A stretch of 64,000 nt of DNA from an uncultured Bacilli bacterium. Lineage in GTDB: Bacteria; Bacillota_I; Bacilli_A; RF39; UBA660. The stretch spans positions 119,383 to 183,382 of the forward strand of contig CAKOMK010000002.1 in the NCBI GenBank assembly GCA_934096645.1. The letters run 5' to 3'. Below are positions 59,683 through 64,000 of the stretch, one piece after another (positions within the stretch are counted from its first letter, which is position 1; each line of letters opens with the position of its first letter). The notes under the pieces were generated by a model that worked only from the letters and a program-made list of their open reading frames with translations, did not search any database and was not told where the DNA came from. Made by a program: the position numbers and the translations under genes.

Positions 59683-60896
59683 AAGATTTAGTCAATAAAT
59701 GTGAAACAGAATTAAAAGACATATTTGATCAAATAGATAAAAATACATTAGAAAATAGTAAAAAAGTTATAAATGCATTCCATGAATTCAAAATAAGTGA
59801 AAATGATTTAAAAGGAACTAATGGATATGGATACAATGATGAAGGAAGAAACAAAATAGATCAAATATTTGCAAAAGTATTAGATGCAGAAAGTGGAATC
59901 GTAAGAAATCAATTTATATCAGGATCACATGCTATAAATGTTGCATTACAGGCACTTTTAAGACCAAATGAGACACTTTTAGCCGTTTCAGGAACTCCAT
60001 ATGATACATTACATGAAGTCATTGGAATCAAGCCTAATAATAGTTCACTAATGAGTTATAATGTTAAATACAAAGAAATAGATTTAATAAACAATGACTT
60101 TAACTACTCAAAAATAAAAGAAACATTAGAAAAAGAGTCAATAAAAGTAGTTCATATTCAAAGATCAAGAGGATACAGTCTAAGAGATTCATTAACAATA
60201 GACAAAGTAGAGAAAGTAATTAAATTAATCAAAGAAACAAGTCCAAACACAATAGTTTTTGTAGATAATTGTTATTGTGAATTTGTAGAAACAACTACTC
60301 CATGTAAAGTTGGAGCAGACATATGTGTTGGTTCACTAATCAAAAACTTAGGTGCTGGAATATCAACAAACGGAGCATATATAGTTGGAAAAGAAGATTT
60401 AGTTAACTTATGTGCAGAAAGACTAACACTTCCAGGAGAAGGAAAACATGTAGGACCTTCAGACAATGCAAATAGAATGTTCTTACTAGGATTATACTTT
60501 GCCCCATCAGTAGTATCAAATGCATTAAAAATATCTATTCTAACAAGCAAAGTTTTAGAAGAACTAAACTATAAAGTTTCACCAAAATATAACGAACCAC
60601 GAGCAGATATTGTAGAATTAATATATTTTAACACAGAAGAAGAAATCATCAAATATGCATCCTCAATTCAATCATCAGGAGCAATTGATTCACATGTAAC
60701 ACCATACCCTTCACCAATGCCAGGATATGAACATAAAATTATTATGGCTTCTCCATCATTTACACAAGGTTCTTCAATAGAATTATCTTGTGATGGACCA
60801 CTCAAAAAACCATATGTATTATTCCAACAAGGAAGTTTAACATATGAATATGGTAAATTATCTATTACAAATGCAATAAAATCATTAAACGAATAA
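59676..60896 (+). CDS. PLP-dependent Cys/Met-metabolism-type enzyme (YnbB / 'aluminium resistance' family)
   Basis: N-terminal …KGTNGYGYNDEGRNKIDQIFAKV…SGSHAI… typical of the YnbB-like PLP fold. Confidence 0.6.
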   Translation: MLEDLVNKCETELKDIFDQIDKNTLENSKKVINAFHEFKISENDLKGTNGYGYNDEGRNKIDQIFAKVLDAESGIVRNQFISGSHAINVALQALLRPNETLLAVSGTPYDTLHEVIGIKPNNSSLMSYNVKYKEIDLINNDFNYSKIKETLEKESIKVVHIQRSRGYSLRDSLTIDKVEKVIKLIKETSPNTIVFVDNCYCEFVETTTPCKVGADICVGSLIKNLGAGISTNGAYIVGKEDLVNLCAERLTLPGEGKHVGPSDNANRMFLLGLYFAPSVVSNALKISILTSKVLEELNYKVSPKYNEPRADIVELIYFNTEEEIIKYASSIQSSGAIDSHVTPYPSPMPGYEHKIIMASPSFTQGSSIELSCDGPLKKPYVLFQQGSLTYEYGKLSITNAIKSLNE

Positions 60897-60938
60897 AATA
60901 GCCTTCTATTAATAAACTATTAATAGGAGGCTTTTATT

Positions 60939-61193
60939 ATGAAAAAAGAATTATTAAAAAGTTATATCAATAGATTAACAAAACAAGATATTGTAAACTA
61001 TCTAAGTAAAGAATGCATCCCAGCATCAGATAAAGAAATAGATTTAATCTATAACGCAATTAAAAATGATTATGATGAAATATTAGATTCAAATTTCATA
61101 AGTTATATCTCAAAATATGAATTAAACTTTAACAAACATCTATATCAAAAAATAATAGAAAAATACAACGAATATAAAAAGTTTATTGAATAA
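60939..61193 (+). CDS. Hypothetical small protein, 84 aa
   Basis: ORF with a GGAGG SD. Confidence 0.45.
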   Translation: MKKELLKSYINRLTKQDIVNYLSKECIPASDKEIDLIYNAIKNDYDEILDSNFISYISKYELNFNKHLYQKIIEKYNEYKKFIE

Positions 61194-61206
61194 AATCAAT
61201 AAACTT

Positions 61207-62829
61207 TTATTTTCTATCACACCATGTAGTATTTTCAACTATATTATTAACTTCTTCTGAATGTTCTTCACCATCAAACGAATCACAACCTCCAGTTATA
61301 TTTTTAATATCACCTTCAAACTTAACAGTTTGTAGTTTATTATTAGCAAATGCACCATACCCTATTTCTGTAACACTTTTAGGAATAACCAATGAACTTA
61401 AATTGTTATTAATAAATGCTTTGTTTTCTATTATTTTAAGATTACTTGGTAACGTTACACTAGTTATTCCCATTCCACTCATATAACACAGCATCTTTTG
61501 AACTGGATACTTGTTAACATTTGATGAGACCCTATTAATTCCTGCACCATAACTGCATCCAACGACAAAAGCACCTGCACCTATTTCAACAACATCTTGT
61601 CCATTAATCTTATTTGGAATAATAACATCAGATGGACATCTAGCTTTGCTAGAATCATTATCAATATAATAATAGTAATGTTCAATAACCCCGTTATTAA
61701 ATGCAAAACACCTACTATCAGTATAATCAGCAACAATAATATTTCTCACTAATTTTTTAATACCGTTATTAGTTTTAATTACATAATTATATTTATACGT
61801 TCCTACTTCACTTTTTAAATTAGTATAGCTATAATATTCACCACTTTGTAACTTTTCACTATTGTTCTTAATTCCAGCATCTTTATAATTTTTAACTTCA
61901 CTAGATTTAATAGTAATATTTTTGTTACCAACTAATTTTAAAGCATCTTCACCTTTCAATTTTTCAATTTCAAATCCTAAATTTTTACTTCCGCTTTTCA
62001 AAACAGAACCAAAATAATAATTTTGTGATTTAGTAACATTAATTATTCCTTCAATTGTATTATTATTTCTATCCACATCATAACTTTCAAAAAAATCTTC
62101 AGAATTTTTATCTTTATTATCAATCATCTCGTCATTAAGCGCTAAATCACTAATATCATGCCAAACGATTTTATATCTACCAAGCATCTTATCAGTAAAA
62201 TTAATTTTAAACAAATAGAATAATTCATCTTCTGTATTATTTATTATCATATTACCATCGTAACTAATTTTAGAAATAGCACTATTATATTCTTTTTTTG
62301 CTGATTCAATTTCAGTTTCGCTAGGATTACTATTATCTATTTTTAAAGCTAAATCAATATATTCTTGATCAGTTAACATTTTAAACATTGTCTCGTTAAT
62401 TTTACTATTCTTAACTAAAGTTTCATTTATATTTTTCTCTTCTTCAACTTCAACTTCTTTCAAATCATTCAAATCAATTAAAGTTCCAGAATTTGCCTTA
62501 TTAGTAACATCAACCATCAAATAATTACTATATTGTCCACTACCTAATGCATCAATACTAACACTAGAACCTTCTACAGTCGCAGTACAATCTGAAAAAG
62601 AATTCCCAGACAATAAATCATTACAATCAAACGTTTTTTCACTATTTCCAGCAGTAAATAACTTTTGTTGTGATACTTGTGCTACTTTTCTAACTTGTGT
62701 CTCAAAAGTACTTCTTTTTGCTTTATTTACCATTCCAATAACATTTGGTAAAGCAATTAAGATTAAAATTGCAAGTATTGCAATAACAGCTAATAATTCC
62801 ACTAATGTAAATCCATTTTTACTTTTCAT
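61207..62829 (-). CDS. Prepilin-type N-terminal methylation domain protein fused to a large C-terminal domain with BspA-like leucine-rich repeats (540 aa)
   Basis: MKSKNGFTLVELLAVIAILAILILIALPNV class III signal. C-terminal …ITSVTLPSNLKIIENKAFINNNLSSLVIPKSVTEIGYGAFANNKLQTV… LRR_5-type repeats. Confidence 0.7.
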   Translation of the reverse strand: MKSKNGFTLVELLAVIAILAILILIALPNVIGMVNKAKRSTFETQVRKVAQVSQQKLFTAGNSEKTFDCNDLLSGNSFSDCTATVEGSSVSIDALGSGQYSNYLMVDVTNKANSGTLIDLNDLKEVEVEEEKNINETLVKNSKINETMFKMLTDQEYIDLALKIDNSNPSETEIESAKKEYNSAISKISYDGNMIINNTEDELFYLFKINFTDKMLGRYKIVWHDISDLALNDEMIDNKDKNSEDFFESYDVDRNNNTIEGIINVTKSQNYYFGSVLKSGSKNLGFEIEKLKGEDALKLVGNKNITIKSSEVKNYKDAGIKNNSEKLQSGEYYSYTNLKSEVGTYKYNYVIKTNNGIKKLVRNIIVADYTDSRCFAFNNGVIEHYYYYIDNDSSKARCPSDVIIPNKINGQDVVEIGAGAFVVGCSYGAGINRVSSNVNKYPVQKMLCYMSGMGITSVTLPSNLKIIENKAFINNNLSSLVIPKSVTEIGYGAFANNKLQTVKFEGDIKNITGGCDSFDGEEHSEEVNNIVENTTWCDRK

Positions 62830-62873
62830 TCAACATCACCTATCCTATACAAATTATAACACAAACAAAAAGT

Positions 62874-63754
62874 TTATTGAATAAAATCAGTAAACTTTTT
62901 ATTTCTAACATTTTCTATTTCATATTTATATGGAGGAAACTCTTCTTTAGAATTTCTATTAATATATGGTGTTTCTAATATAAAAGGAATACCTTCTAAT
63001 CTTTTATTAGTAGTAATATTAATTAAATTATCAAATCCAATAGTTCCATATCCAATATTATCATGTCTATCTTTATGAGAACCTATTTGATTTTTACTAT
63101 CATTTAAATGAAAACATTTAATTTTATCAATACCAATCTTATTATCAAATTCATCTAAAAACTCATCTAATTTAGATATATCCACTCCAGCATCATTCAT
63201 ATGACAACTATCTAAACAAACACCAATTCTATCTTTATTTTTAATACCATCTATTATGTATTTAAGTTCATCAATAGAAGTACCTAGTTCATTACCCTTT
63301 CCTGCCATAAATTCAAGTAAAACAATAGTATCTAAAGTATTATCAAAAACTTTATTTAAGCCATAAACAATATTGTTTAATCCTTCTTCTCTACTACAAT
63401 TAACCGCACTACCAGGATGTAAAACTATTTTATTAAAACCTAGTTTTTTAACTCTATTTAATTCTTCACTAAAAAAATTTAAATAAAAATTATATTTATC
63501 TTCATCTGCTCTATTAGCTAAATTAACTATATAAGGAGCATGAACAATAACATTATCACTATTAATATTATTTTCAAGCATTAATTTAAATGCTTCATAT
63601 GTTAATTCATCATTAATCATACATCTACTTGTACTTTGAGTAGAACCTGTATAAAACATAAATGTATTAGCATTATAACTAACGGCTTCCATAACACTTC
63701 CAAGTAACTGTTTACTATTATTAAACTTAACATGACTTCCAATTATCAAACTCA
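62874..63754 (-). CDS. nfo: Endonuclease IV (AP endonuclease family 2)
   Basis: MSLIIGSHV…, HAPYIVNLA, LHPGS, LLEFMAGKGNELG and the CLDSCH metal-binding motifs. Start set at the ATG with a GGTGA SD; the track ORF begins at 63791. Confidence 0.85.
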
Positions 63755-63790
63755 TATAATCACCATAAAAATTATATAATATTTTAACCA

Positions 63791-63818
63791 TAAAAAAAAG
63801 ACTTAAAAAGTCTTAATA
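63791..63818 (-). terminator. Rho-independent terminator of the partial gene at the window's right edge
   Basis: AAGACTT-tttt-AAGTCTT followed by U8 on the minus strand. Confidence 0.6.
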
Positions 63819-64000
63819 ACTACATTTTTCTAAACTAACTCTAGTCAAATGTTGATTTTCTTCAGTAATCATTCTAATACTATTTTGCCCAATCATATCA
63901 AATGTTAAATAATTAATAGAATCTTCATCCATATCATATAAGTATTCATATGATCCATTAGTTGCTGCAAAATGTTTAATACGACCTTTATAATCTATAA
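63813..64000 (-). CDS. 3' end of an unidentified gene (…EENQHLTRVSLEKCSY*); the start lies beyond the window
   Basis: Open minus-strand frame to the window edge, ending TAA at 63813-63815. Confidence 0.3.
   Translation of the reverse strand, partial: IDYKGRIKHFAATNGSYEYLYDMDEDSINYLTFDMIGQNSIRMITEENQHLTRVSLEKCSY

Noticed and set aside
18092-60550. Short antisense ORFs 18092..18361, 20883..21077, 26926..27147, 32193..32390, 33963..34196, 40764..40991, 44426..44620, 46556..46744, 50897..51091, 51184..51411, 55851..56042, 60272..60550
   Set aside because: Each lies inside or opposite a longer ORF with clear family motifs. AT-rich genomes generate many such chance ORFs.
1-64000. Searched for mobile elements (transposase, integrase, recombinase motifs), CRISPR repeats, and toxin-antitoxin-sized gene pairs
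   Set aside because: No DDE or tyrosine/serine recombinase signatures, no short regular direct repeats with spacers, and no obvious small two-gene cassettes were seen. The only repeats are intragenic coding repeats and one tandem gene duplication.

Overview
This 64 kb window is a very AT-rich chromosomal segment, low-GC by eye (not computed), from a Gram-positive (Firmicutes-type) bacterium using the standard genetic code. Several features fit an Erysipelotrichia/Mollicutes-related lineage: three T-box leaders, a Gram-positive PolC, a tmRNA whose tag ends ...AFA, and a DUF285-repeat surface protein. Nearly all genes lie on the minus strand.

The backbone is housekeeping: polA, polC, alr, four aminoacyl-tRNA synthetases (lysS, aspS, argS, tyrS), gpmI, efp, rpmG, dut, tag, nfo, a tRNA-Thr/tRNA-Gln/ssrA cluster, and a nitroreductase. 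T-box riboswitch leaders sit upstream of aspS, argS and a dut-tyrS operon; each has a recognisable sigma-A promoter, a specifier candidate and a terminator.

No transposases, integrases or CRISPR arrays were seen.

Observations beyond the routine annotation:
- A tightly coupled alr / ATP-grasp / MOP-flippase operon.
- An 1130-aa secreted glycine/cysteine-rich protein with three tandem ~230-aa modules plus Listeria-Bacteroides repeats.
- A tandem duplication that left a full-length membrane-anchored esterase next to a truncated paralogue.
- Two unknown genes co-transcribed between lysS and aspS.
- A frameshifted standalone ogt (MGMT) gene at an A5 tract.
- A membrane-tethered PTS EIIB-like domain whose phospho-Cys is replaced by Asn.
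- Two prepilin-type proteins, one fused to a BspA-like LRR adhesin domain.
- An orphan SPPY-motif methyltransferase beside tandem terminators.
- Several unannotated small ORFs, including rpmG and a 53-aa glycine-zipper protein.

Identifications rest on motif reading by eye. No database searches or computations were run.
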